Source: Squalus acanthias
Lineage: Eukaryota
DNA: 64,000 nt
Direction of reading: 5' to 3'
Assembly: GCA_030390025.1 (NCBI GenBank)
Contig: CM059431.1
Coordinates: 151,654,001-151,718,000, forward strand
Shown: piece after piece, positions 36,698 through 48,400 of the stretch
Layout of the letters: each line of letters opens with the position of its first letter
Numbering within the stretch: position 1 is the first letter of the stretch
Program-made: the position numbers and the translations under genes
The notes under the pieces: generated by a model
What the model saw: the letters and a program-made list of their open reading frames with translations, nothing else
Told to the model about the DNA's origin: nothing
Databases searched by the model: none

Positions 36698-39600
36698 AGG
36701 GATGAGGTACTGCAACAAGAATTTAGGGAGCTAGGTAGCAGATTAAAAAGCAGGACCTCAAAAATTGTAATCTCTGGATTACTCCCGGTGCCACGTGCTA
36801 GTGAGTATAGGAATAGGAGGATAGAGCAGATGAATGCGTGGCTTAAGAGTTGGTGCAGGATGGAGGGATTTAGTTTCCTGGAACTGGGTATGCTTCGTGG
36901 GAAGGTGGGGCCTGTACAAGTCGGACGGGTTGCACCTGAACCGGAAAGGGACCAACATCCTTGAGGGGAGGTTTGCTAGTAAAGTTGCCGGGGAGTGGGG
37001 GGGCGGGGGTGTTAAACTGACTTGGCAGGTGGATAGGATACGCAGTGGAGCTATAGCAGGGGGTGATGCACAGCCAAATATAGAGGAAAAATCAAGTCAG
37101 CCTGGAAGGCAGAGCAAATATGTAACGGCACAAAGGAGTATGGCAAGGCTGGATGGCATTTATTTTAATGCAAGGACTCTTGCGAGTAAGGCAGATGAAT
37201 TGAAGATGTTGATGACCACGTGGGAGTAGGATATTGTTGTAATCACAGAGACATTGTTGAGGGAGGGGCAGGACGGGCAGCTCAATAATCGGGGGTATAG
37301 AATCTTCAGGCTAGACAGAGTGGGGTGTAAAAGAGGAGGACGTCGGCAATATTAATCAAGGATCAATTACTGCTGGAAGGAGGGATGATATCTTCTCAGT
37401 TTCGTCTAATGAGGCCATATGGGTAGAACCTAAAAACAAAAAGGGGTCAAGCACTTTGCTGGGAGTGTACCCTAGGAGCCCAAACAGTCAGGGGGAGATA
37501 GAGGAACAGATATGCAGGCAAATCTCAGGGAAGTGTAGAATAACAGGATAATAATAGTCGGGGTTTTAACTTCCTCAATATTAATTGGGATAATCAGGGT
37601 GTGAATTGCTTCGATGGTGCGGAATTCTTAAAGTGCATTCAGGAGAGATTTTTGAGCCAGCATGTAGAAAGTCCTGCAAGACAGGGGCCGGAACAGGACC
37701 TATTTCTAGGGAATGTTGCCGGGCAAGTGGTAGAAGTGTTCGTAGGAGAGCATTTTGGTGACAGTGACCATAATTCGGTGAGATTTAAGGTAGTCATGGA
37801 AAAGGACAAAGTTGGACCGGAGATAAAGGTTCTAAATTGGGGGAAGCCCGATTTTAACATGATAAGGCAGGATCTGGCGAAAGTGGACTGGGATCAGCTA
37901 CTTGTAGGAAAATCCACATCAGAGCAGTGGGAGTCTTTCAGAAAGGAAATAGAGAGAGTACAAAGGCAACATGTTCCCGTAAAGGTCAAGGGTGGGACCA
38001 ACAAGCACAGGCAACCCTAGATGTCAAGGGATATACGAGAATGGATTGGGAGAAAAAGGGACGCTTTTGGCAGATACAAAGTAATAAAAAAATTGGAAGC
38101 CCTAGAGGTGTACAGAAAGTGCATGGGGGGGGGGGGCGGGGTACTTAAAAAAGAAATTAGGAAAGCGAAGAAGGGGCATGAAATAACACTGGTGGGCAAA
38201 ATAAAGGAAAATCCCAAGGTGTTTTATAAGTATATTAAGGGCAAGAGGATAACCAGGGAAAGAGTAGGGCACATTAGGGACCAAAGTGGCAAATCTGTGT
38301 GTAGAGCCAAAATATGTAGGTTGGGTTTTAAATGAATATTTTGCATCTATGTTCACTATGGAGAGGGACGTGGTAGGCATAGAAAACAGGCAGGGGGATT
38401 GTGATATACTTGAACAAATTAGTATTGAGAGGGAGCAGGCACTAGCGGTTTTAGCATGCTTAAAAGTGGATAAATCCCCAGGTCCAGACGAGATGTATCC
38501 CAGGCTGCTGTGTGAGGCAAGGGAGGAGATTGCAGGGGCTCTGACACAAATTTTCAGAACCTCTCTGGCCACAGGGGAGGTGCCAGAGGACTGGGGAACA
38601 GCTAACGTAGCACCATTATTCAAGAAGGGTAGTACGGATAAACCGGGGAAATACAGGTCAGTGAGCCTAACATCAGTGGTAGGGAAATTAATGAAAAAAA
38701 TTCTGAGGGACAGAATTAGTCTCCACTTGGAGAGGCAAGGATTAATCAAGGATAGTCAGCATGGCTTTGTCAGGGGGAGATCATGTCTGAGCAATTTGCT
38801 TGAATTTTTTGAGGTTGTGACTAGGTGTTTGGATGAGGGTAGTGCATTTGATGTGGTCTACATGGAATTCAGTAAGGCTTTTGACAAAGTCCCGCATGGG
38901 AGACTGGTCAAGAAGGTAAAAGCCCATGGGATCCAGGGCAACTTGGCACATTGGATCCAAAATTGGCTTAGTGGCAGGAGGCAGAGGGTGATGGTCGAAG
39001 GTTGATTTTGTGACTGGAAGCCTGTGTCCAGTGGTGAACCGCAGGGATCGGTTCTGGGTCCTTTGCTGTTTGTAGTGTACATTAATGATTTAGATATGAA
39101 TGTAGGAGGTATGATCAGTAAGTTTGCAGATGACACGAAAATTGATGGGGTGGTAAGCCTCAGGCTACAGGACGATATAGACGGATTGGTCAGATGGGCA
39201 GAAGAGTGGCAAATGAAATTTAACTCTGAAAAGTTTGAGGTGATGGATTTTGCGAGGAGCAACAAGGCAAGGGAATAAACAATGAATGGAAGGACCCTAT
39301 AAAGGACAGATGATCAGAGGGACCCTGGCGTGCATGTACATAGATCCCTGAAGGCAGCAGGACAGGTAGATAAGATGATTAAAAAGGGATATGGGATACT
39401 TGCCTTCATTAGCCGAGGCATAGAATAGAAGAGCAGGGAAGTTATGATGGAGATGTACAAAACGCTAGTTAGGCCATAGCTGGAATATTGTGTGCAGTTC
39501 TGGTCGCCACACTATTGGGAGGATGTGATTGTATTGGGGAGGGTGCAGAGGAGATTCACCAGGATGTTACATGGGCTGCAGCGCTTCAGCTATGAAGAGA

Positions 39601-40030
39601 GACTGGACAGGCTGGGGTTGTTTTCCTTAGAGAAGAGAAGGCTGAGGGGGGACCTGATTGAGATGTACAAAATTATGAGGGGCATAGATAGGGTAGATAG
39701 AAAGGAACCATTCCCCTTAGTAGAGGGGTCAATAACCAGGGGGCGTAGTTTCAGGTTAAGGGGCAGGAGGTTTAGAGGGGATTTGAGGAAAAACTTTTTC
39801 ACCCAGAGGCTGGTTGGAATCTGGAATTCACTGCCTGAAAGGGTGGTAGAGACAGGAACCCTCACAACTTTGAAGAAGCATTTAGATGAGCACTTGCCAA
39901 AGCATACAAGGCTACGGACCAAGTGCTGGAAAATGGGATTAAAATAGACCCGGCTTGATGGCCGGAGCGGACACGATGGGCCGAAGGGCCTCTTTCTGTG
40001 CTGTATCACTCTATGACTCTATGACTCTAT
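36698..40030 (+). mobile_element. CR1 LINE, 5'-truncated (ORF1 end plus ORF2), degenerate
   Basis: DGLHLN, YFNART, KSPGPDEM, QHGFVRGRSCL and KFADDTK, with a (CTATGACT)n tail. Confidence 0.88.
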
Positions 40031-40380
40031 TTGGTCCCCTCATCCAAATCATAGATATAGATTGTGAATAGCTGAGGCCCAATCACAGGTCCTTGCGGTA
40101 CCCCACTGGTTACAGCCTGCCAACCCGAAAAAGACCCGTTTATTCCTACTCTCTGTTTTCTGTCGTTAAACAATCCTCAATCCATGCTAGTTTATTACCC
40201 CGAATCCCTTGCGCCCTAATTTTGTTTAACATCCTCTTCTGTGGCACCTCATCGAATGCCTTCTGAAAATTCAAATATACCACATCCACTGGTGCTGCCT
40301 TATCTATTCTGCTAGTTACAATTTCAAAACATTCTAACAGACTCGTGAAACACGATTTCCCTTTCGTAAATCCGTGTTCC
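40031..40380 (-). mobile_element. CR1 RT fragment
   Basis: [11 protein letters not shown]...YLNFQKAFDEVP on the minus strand. Confidence 0.8.
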
Positions 40381-40437
40381 CTAATACTGATGTCGCATGT
40401 TAATCTATCGAACTTCAAGAACAGATCAGAAATGCCA

Positions 40438-40505
40438 GCCCGATAAGCTCAGTCGGAGATCATCAGACTTTTAATCTGAGGATCGAGGGTTCTTTCCTGC
40501 TGTCT
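40438..40505 (+). pseudogene. tRNA-Lys(UUU) pseudogene
   Basis: GCCCGATAAGCTCAGTCGG..CATCAGACTTTTAATCTGAGG..GGGTTC; the 3' end is decayed. Confidence 0.7.
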
Positions 40506-40613
40506 CAAACAAACTCATTATTAGGAGTTAAACGTTTGCCACAGCACCTGATTTTTTCCAAATATAATGCGGCTGAATGAAAGATGGGATTGAGCATTTT
40601 GATTTAAAAGCAG

Positions 40614-40685
40614 CAACTGTATAGAAACTTGAACTGTGAACCCTCAGATTAAAACTCTTACGCTCCTGTCCCTGTTTAATATTGC
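40614..40685 (-). pseudogene. tRNA-Lys(UUU) pseudogene, heavily decayed
   Basis: Minus strand reads GAGCGTAAGAGTTTTAATCTGAGGGTTCACAGTTCAAGT. Confidence 0.55.
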
Positions 40686-41156
40686 TCACCCAGTTCCCAA
40701 TGGAACGACTCGCTTTACCTGCTGACATTGAACATGACTTCGGTGGCATCCTGCATTTCCTACTTTTTTATACGTTCATGGGCTTTAGGCGTCGCTGGCA
40801 TGCTGACACGAACGATTTGCTAATGGCCCTACTGCTTTCATGTTGCGCACATCTTTGCAGTTTCCTCAGCTTGTCCGTATTGCCTGATCAATAATCATAT
40901 TACAAGATCCCTTCCTAATAATAATATCTGTTTATTAATAAATAGAATATCGTACATATATGTGCACTTCCTGTCTACAAATCCTCAATATACCCTTTCA
41001 AGTTTCTTTCACTCTTTTGTGTCGAATATTTCGCCCATTATAAAATGTCTTGCCCACATTTAGGACTGAAACGGACCCTGTAAACCGGTCACGCTGTAAT
41101 TACGCTCGGTCACCAGTGGTGACGCTGTAGAGTCTCCATTTTGCATCTTCCATCGC

Positions 41157-41300
41157 AGTCAGAAGTGCTAAACCCCAATGCAGGACTTCATCAGAAATAT
41201 GGGCTGAGACTTCAGTGTAGGACTGAGAGAGTGCAGCATTGTTAGAAACAATGTGCGTTAAATGAAATTTTAAAAGCGGGACCTATCTGACCTTTGACAG
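41157..41300 (+). mobile_element. Deu-domain SINE fragment (paralog of 20486-20625)
   Basis: Collinear with 20486-20625. Confidence 0.6.
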
Positions 41301-41358
41301 TGTCTGTGTTGGAGAAATCTGAGCCGTTGAAAGGTGTTGCACAGAGTTGAATGCATGA

Positions 41359-41432
41359 ACACACATAGCTCAGTCGGAAAATTATGAGACTTTTAATCTG
41401 ATGGATCCAGGGTTCAAGTCCTTGTACAGGTG
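41359..41432 (+). pseudogene. tRNA-Lys(UUU) pseudogene
   Basis: TAGCTCAGTCGG A box, GACTTTTAATC anticodon arm, GGTTCAAGTCC B box and TTTT just downstream. Acceptor stem is broken. Confidence 0.72.
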
Positions 41433-41584
41433 CTGCTTTTGAACAGGGCCCCGTTCTATTGGGTCAGGAGACAATAGGGGGCGGAATTGTTGGAGAGACC
41501 AGCGCCTGCAACCCTCATGCCAAGATTACAGAGTATTACAGATAACCACCATTATAAAACTCTTCATTGTTTCTACACTAAATG

Positions 41585-44500
41585 TATGATGCACATGCAT
41601 AAAACACTGAGTCGGCTTCAACTGGAGTATTGTGTCCAATTTTGGCCTCCGGACTTTAAGAAGGATGTTAAAGCTTTGCGAGGGTTCAAGAAAGATTGAC
41701 AAGTATGGTTCCAGGGATAAGCGACTTCAGTTACGCGGATAGACTGGAGAAGCTGGGGTTGTTCTCTTACAGCAGAGAAGGTTGAGAGGAGATTCGATAG
41801 ACGTGTTCAAAATCATGAGAGGTCTAGACAGAGTTGATAGAAAGAAACTGTTCGCATTGGCAGAATGGTCCAGAACCAGAAGGTGCAGATTTCAGCTGAT
41901 TGGCAGAAGAATTGAAGACGACATGAGGAAATCCTTTATTAGCACTGCGTTTGGTTAGGATCTGGAATGCACTGCCTGAGAGTGGTGGAGGCAGATTGAA
42001 TCGTGGCTTTCTAAACGGAATTGAATTAGTACATGAAGGAAAAATATGTAGGGCTATGGGGAAAGGGCGGAGGAGTGGGACTAGCTGAAGTGATGTTGCA
42101 CGGAGCCGGCACGGGCCTCCTTCTGTGCTGTAATGAGCCTCCGAACACATATCCGCAGCATAACAATGACCACCTATTTCAACCTCCGTGAAATCGCTCG
42201 TCTCTCATCTGCTGCTAAACACTCATCCAAGCCTTTGTTACATCTAGACTTGATTATTCCAACACGCTCCTGGCTGGCCTCCCACATTCTACCCTACATA
42301 AACTTGAGGTCATACAAAACTCTGCTGCCCGTGTCCTAACTCGCACCAAGTCCCGTTCCCACCTCACTCCTGTGCTCACTGACCTACACTGGCTCCCGGT
42401 TAAGCATGGCCTCATTTTCAAAATTCTCATCCTTGTTTTCAAATCCCACCATGGCCTCGCCCTTCCTATCTCTGTAATCTCGTTCAGCCCCACAACCCGA
42501 TAAGATATCTGCCCTCCACTAATTCTGCCCACTTGAGCATCGCAGATTATAATCGCTCAATCATTGGTGGCCGTACCTTCTGTTGCCTCGGCCGTAAGCT
42601 CGAAATGCCCTACCTAAACTTCTCTGCCTCGCTACCTCACTTTTCTTCTTTAAGACCGTCCTTAAAACCTTTCTATTTGACCGAGCTTTTGGTCACCTGC
42701 CCTAACTGCTCCTCATGTGGCTCGTTGTCAATTTGTTTGTCTCATTATACTCCTGTGCAGCGCCTTCGGACATTTTACTACGTTAAAGGCGCTATATAAA
42801 TATAAGTTGTTGTTGTTGTAGTTGTTGTTGTAACCATTCCATGATTCTGTGATAAAGGAAACTTTATCGGTTATTTAAGCTGGGGCGTCTCATTCCAGTA
42901 CCTGCAGTGAAAGGCAGTTAACATTGACGCCCACATGTTCTACTTTGACAGTATGTTCTTGGCTCAACTCGGACGGAGGCATTGCTCGATCTGGTGCTGG
43001 GGGATTAGATGGGTCAGATCGACCAAGTGTCTTTTGGAGAACATTTGGACACGAGTGATCATCGTATCATAAGATTTAGATCAGCAATGGCGAAGAGCAA
43101 GTGACAATCTAGTGTGGAACTCCTAAACTGGAATAGGGCTCATTTCAATGGGATGCGAAATGATCTATCCAGGGTTATATGGAGCGAAAGACTTACAGGA
43201 AAAAACTGTATCAGAATAATAGGTGATCTTTAATGAGGATACATTCCAAGTACAGGCTAGATACATTCCAACAGGAGAAAAGGGTAAGGGAAACAAAGCA
43301 ACGGCTCCTTGGATGACGAGGGAGATAGAGAAGATGGTGAAACATAAAAAGCGTGTGTATGATGCATGTCAGGTGAATTCATCAAGGAGAATCAGACCAA
43401 AAACAATAAGTTAAGATGGGAAGTGAAGATGAAAATAAGATTGACAAAGAGAGAATACAAGAGTAGAATGGCGGTTAACATAAAAGTGAACCCAAAAATC
43501 TTCTCCCGGGATATAAACAGTAAGTGTGTAGTAAGAGGCGTGTTTGGGCATATAAGGGACAAAGAATGTGATATATTCTTAGAAGCGCAGGACAAGGGTA
43601 TAAATACTCAATGAATACCTGGTATCAGTGTTTACTAAGGAGGTGGATGCTGACAAAATATTGGCAGAAGTGGAAAAGGTAGAAGCAATGGAAGGGGTGA
43701 AAATTGATAGACAGGTGCTCCTAGAAAAGCTGGGTACGCTGATAGTGGATAACTCGCCTGTCACAGATGGTTTGCATTCCAGCTTGCTGAGTGAATTGGG
43801 GGAGGAGATAGCGAAAGGGCATGCAAAATTGTCCAATCTTTCCTAGATGCGGGGGAGGTGCCTGCGGATTGGAAGGTGACAAATATGACACCATTGTTCA
43901 AAAAAGTTTGCAAGGAAAATCCTAGTAACTACAGGCTTGGCAGTTTAACATTAGTGCTGGGTAAAGTTTTCGAAACAATAATCAAGGGAAAAGTTAACGT
44001 GCACTTGCAGAGGTGTAAGCTAATTAAGGAGAGCGAACACGGATTTGTAAAAGGCCGATCGCGTTTGTCTTATCTAATTGAATTTTTTGATGAAGTAACA
44101 TGGAGGATTGATGAAGGGAATGCAATGGAAGTTGACTACATGGATTTTCGGAAGGCGTTTCACAAAGTACCACATATGAGTTTGGTGAACAAAATTGAGC
44201 CTTCTGGAATAGCTGGGTCAGTCGTAGCTTGGATAAGGAATTGGCTTAACGATAGAAAACTGCGAGTTGTGGTAGAAGGCTATTTTCAGATTGGAGGATG
44301 GTAGTCAGTGGAGTTCCCCAAGGGTCAGTGCTCGGGCCACTGTTTTTTTTTTACATATATAATTAACTTGGATATTGAAATACAGAGTATAGTTTCTAAA
44401 TTTGCCAATGACAACAAACTTGGGGGTGTGACAATCTGTGAGGATGATACCAATCGACTGCAGCACTACATAGTTTTGCTTGCAGAATGGGCAGACAAGT

Positions 44501-45310
44501 GGCAGATGGAATTAAATACAGAGATGTGTGAGGTGATGCATTTTGGCAGCAGGAACAGGGAGACGCAATATATACTAAATGTCACATTTCTGAAGAGTGT
44601 GCAGGGGCAGAGGGACCTGGGAATTTATGTGCATCGGTCCCTGAAGGTGGCAGGACATAATGAGAAAGTGGTTAGCAAAGCATAAGGGTACTTGGGCTTC
44701 ATAAATAGAGGTATTGAGTACCAAAGTAGAGAAGTTATGCTGAAATTTATAAAGCGCTGCTTGGGCCACAACTGGAGTATTGCGACCAGTTCTGCTCACC
44801 ACAATTTAGGTAGGATGTGAAGTCCCTTGTGAGGTTGCAGAGGAGTTTTACCGGAATGGTACCGGGCATGGGGATCTTAGCTACTAGGAAAGGCTGGAGA
44901 AGCTGGATTTGTGTTCATTAGAGCAAAGGAGGTTGAGGGGTGATTTGATAGAGGTTTACAAGATTATGAGGGGCTTGGATAGGCTAGACGTGGAAAGGCT
45001 GTTCCCACTAGTTAATGGTACATGGAATAGGTGACACAGATTTCAGGTTTTGTGCAAGAGATACAGTGGGGAATGTGAGGAAAAATGTTTTACACAGCGA
45101 GTGATGATGACCTGGAATTCGCTGACGACGTAAGTGGTGGAAGCGGAGACACTCAATATTTTCAAGGGCAGGCTGGATAGGCACTTGAGGGAAATAAACT
45201 TGCTGGGCTACGGGGATAGAACAGGGGATTTGGGACTGACTGGTTTGCTCTACAGAGAGCCAGCACATACTCGATGGGCCGAATGGCCTGCTTCTTTTAC
45301 GTTATGACTC
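41585..45310 (+). mobile_element. CR1 3' fragment (to ~42132), L2 3' fragment (42133-42832) and CR1 ORF2 fragment (42945-45310)
   Basis: Same order and sequence as 20915-24390. The 3' part matches 1284-1752. Confidence 0.82.
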
Positions 45311-45458
45311 TGTGATTATGACTCCACTGCTCACGCTCAATCATGACTGTTTTCGAAACAATAATCTCGTTTACATCAAAACTGAAAGAAGGCCATTCTA
45401 AAACGGAACACGATCTGCAGTTAAGCTCTGGTTAGGATAGAAAGCTCGGGTTTGTACT

Positions 45459-48400
45459 TCATATTTTATTAACCAAGTTCCGAATCAATGTCCAGGGTGA
45501 TTGCACCATCTTCACCAGCTCTTTCCTGAATTTGGTTTGGGTCGCTGCATAAATGCACGTGTTTGTACAGGAGCTCAAATACATGAGCATAAATCCGGTT
45601 GCAGAGGCGATGTATGCAGGAGATGTATAGTCGGGTCGAACGAACGTGACAAGGGAGTTAATTAAATAACTAACGCAAGTTGTCAGCCACAACAATATAA
45701 AACTGCCCGATACACTGAACAGTAAAATGATGGATTTTCTCCGGCTCTCCATCTCTGGATCGCTCTGATTCTCACTGCAGTGACCCCGGAGTCTCCTGCG
45801 GGCTCGACTGGCAGCTAGAATACGCCTGACTGTCAAACCATTAAACAGAAATATCAAAGCGAAGGGAAGCCCTGGACATACAACAGTTTCGAACCAGGCG
45901 AATGCTATACCTATAGGCGAGGTGAAAAATTCAATTTTCAAGCGGCAACCCCAGTGAATATTGTTAATGATTCGTTCAGTTTCAGATGCAAAAGCAAAGG
46001 GGATATTGTCCAACCAGAGCAGAACAGAGACCGTTGTTATGACGGCGGCCGCAGTTCTCACTGTGCAATATTTCGTTTTAAACTTCTCACAACTTATCGC
46101 GACATAGCGGTCAAATGTGAAGGTGACGGTAAACCACACGGACATATCGAGGGCAACAGTATTCAAGTATATAAGCAACCTACAGACGGCAGTGTAGCCG
46201 AGGAATGAATGTGGAAAGTGATATGTAAAAACGCGATGCAGCAGCACATTGCTGATCATGACCAGTAGATCTGCTGTTGCCATGGCCACCATGTAGACCG
46301 AGATACCTTTGGAAAGACCGCATTTTCCACCGGAGAGAATCACAATTGTCATTAGGTTCGCTGTAAGAAAGAGGGACAAGCGGTCAGTAACGGGCACTCT
46401 CGGATAAATCTCACACCATATTGTGGGGAAATGTTCAGATGTGTCCATGTGCAGGCGGATTTTTTATTATATATGCGAGCGTTAACGAAGAGGTATTTTT
46501 TTTTTTAAATCGAACACTCAATATAGAGTAACGGAAAAACCGCCATTCTTCCACTCATACTTCAGACAGACATCGCCAAATTTAAATCTCACAGTAACTG
46601 CTGCAAAGATATGAATTTAAACGAAACTTTCAGTTGAGAGAACATCATTCAATTTAGATCGAAACTTTGCGCTTTTTCTCTGCACAGTGCTAATAAATGG
46701 CAGGTAACATTAGCGCCACAGAAGTGCCAGGTAATGATTATCTTCAACAAGCGAGAGTACAACCACCTCTCTTTGACATTCAATGACATTGCCATTGCAA
46801 AATCCCCCACCATCAGCATCCTGAGGGTAAACATTGAACAGAAACTTAACTGGACCAGCCACATATGTACTGTGGGAAAAAGTGCAGGTCAAAGGCTAGG
46901 TATTCTGTGGCGAGTGTCTCACCTGAGGTCTCCCCAAAGACATTCTACCATCTACAAGGCACAAGTAAGGAGTGTGAAGGAATACTCTCCACTTGCCTGG
47001 ATGACTGCAACTTCAACAACTCTCAAGAAGCTCGACACTATCCAAGACAAAGCAGCCCACTTGATTGCAACCGCATCCACCACCTTTAAGATTCACTCCC
47101 TCCACCACCGGCGTACCGTGGCTGCAGTGTGTACAGAGAACAGGATAGTTAGGCTAAATACGTGGCTTGAGCAGTGGTGTAAGAGGGAGGGTTTTAAATT
47201 TTTGAGGCATTGGGACCAGTTTTGTGGTAGGTGTGACCTATACAAAAGGGACGGTCTACACCTGTGCAAAGATGGAACTGAGGTTCTCGGGGTAAATTTT
47301 GATAAAGCAGTTCGGGAGCATTTAAACTAGTATGGCAGGGGGCTAGAAACCCATGTAGTGAAATAGAGGAAAGTGAAAGGCAGACAGAAATAAATGGTAA
47401 AAAGGAGAGGAACAAAAAACAAAGGGCCAAACTAATTCATAAAAAATGTGAGCATAAAAAAAGCCTGAGGGTTTTATACCTTAATGCGAGAAGCATCAGG
47501 AACAAGGTAGATGAATTAGCTGTGGAAATAGAGGTTAATAATTATGATCTAATTGGGATTACGGAAACATGGTTGCAGGGTGAGCAGGGCTGGGAGCTTA
47601 ACATACAGGGGTATTCAGTATTTAGGAAGGATCGACAAAAAAGAAAGGGAGGAGGGGTAGCATTGCTGGTAAAAGAGGGGATAAATGCAATTGAAAGGAA
47701 GGATATTAACTCAGTTAATACAGAATCTATATGGGTGGAGCTAAGAAATAGCGAGGGGCGAAAAACATTAATAGGAGTGGTATATAGGCCTCCAAATAGT
47801 AAAATAGAGGTTGGGGAGGGCATCACGAGGGAAATTAGAGAAGCGTGCAATAAGAGCACAGCTGTCATCATAGGTGACTTTAACTTACATATAGATTGGA
47901 CTAGCCTAATCAGTAAAAATAATGAGGAGGAGGAATTCCTTGAGTGTTTAAGGGATGGTTATCTGGATCAATATGTCGAGGAACCAACTCGGGAACAGGC
48001 TATATTGGACTGGGTACTGTGCAATGAGAAGGGACTAATTAGTAATCTTGTTGTACGGGGACCCTTGGGTCAGAGCGATCATAACATGATCGATTTCTCA
48101 CTCGAAATGGAGAGCGAAGAAATTGACTCAGAGACTCAGGTCCTGAATTTAAACAAGGGGAATTATGATGCCATTAGACGGGAACTGAGTAGGTCTGATT
48201 GGACAACGTTCCTGGGAGGACTGGAGGTAGATAAACAATGGCAAGCATTTAAAGATAGAATGACAAAATTGCAAAAATTGTTTATACCAATCTGGCATAA
48301 AAGGAAATCTAAAAAGGTGACTCAACCGTGGATAACAGGGGAAATTAGAGACAGCATAAAATCCAAAGATAGGGCGTATAAAATAGCCAAAAAAAGCGCC

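Noticed and set aside
36698..40030. Possible third paralog of the CR1 at 8063-11628
   Set aside because: Same family, but it lacks the shared internal deletion, the LTR insertion and the flanks, so it is an independent insertion.
41359..41432. Functional tRNA-Lys
   Set aside because: Acceptor, D and anticodon stems contain multiple mismatches.
46361..46448. Single-exon GPCR start (MDTSEHF...; MPVADRL... in copy 1)
   Set aside because: Read-through into the intron. The ATG is not conserved in copy 1, and a canonical acceptor plus the upstream exon supplies the missing half of TM1.
46734..47330. 198-aa ORF joining RT-like and esterase-like sequence
   Set aside because: Chance in-frame junction between an L2-group fragment and the inserted CR1 ORF1 at 47135.
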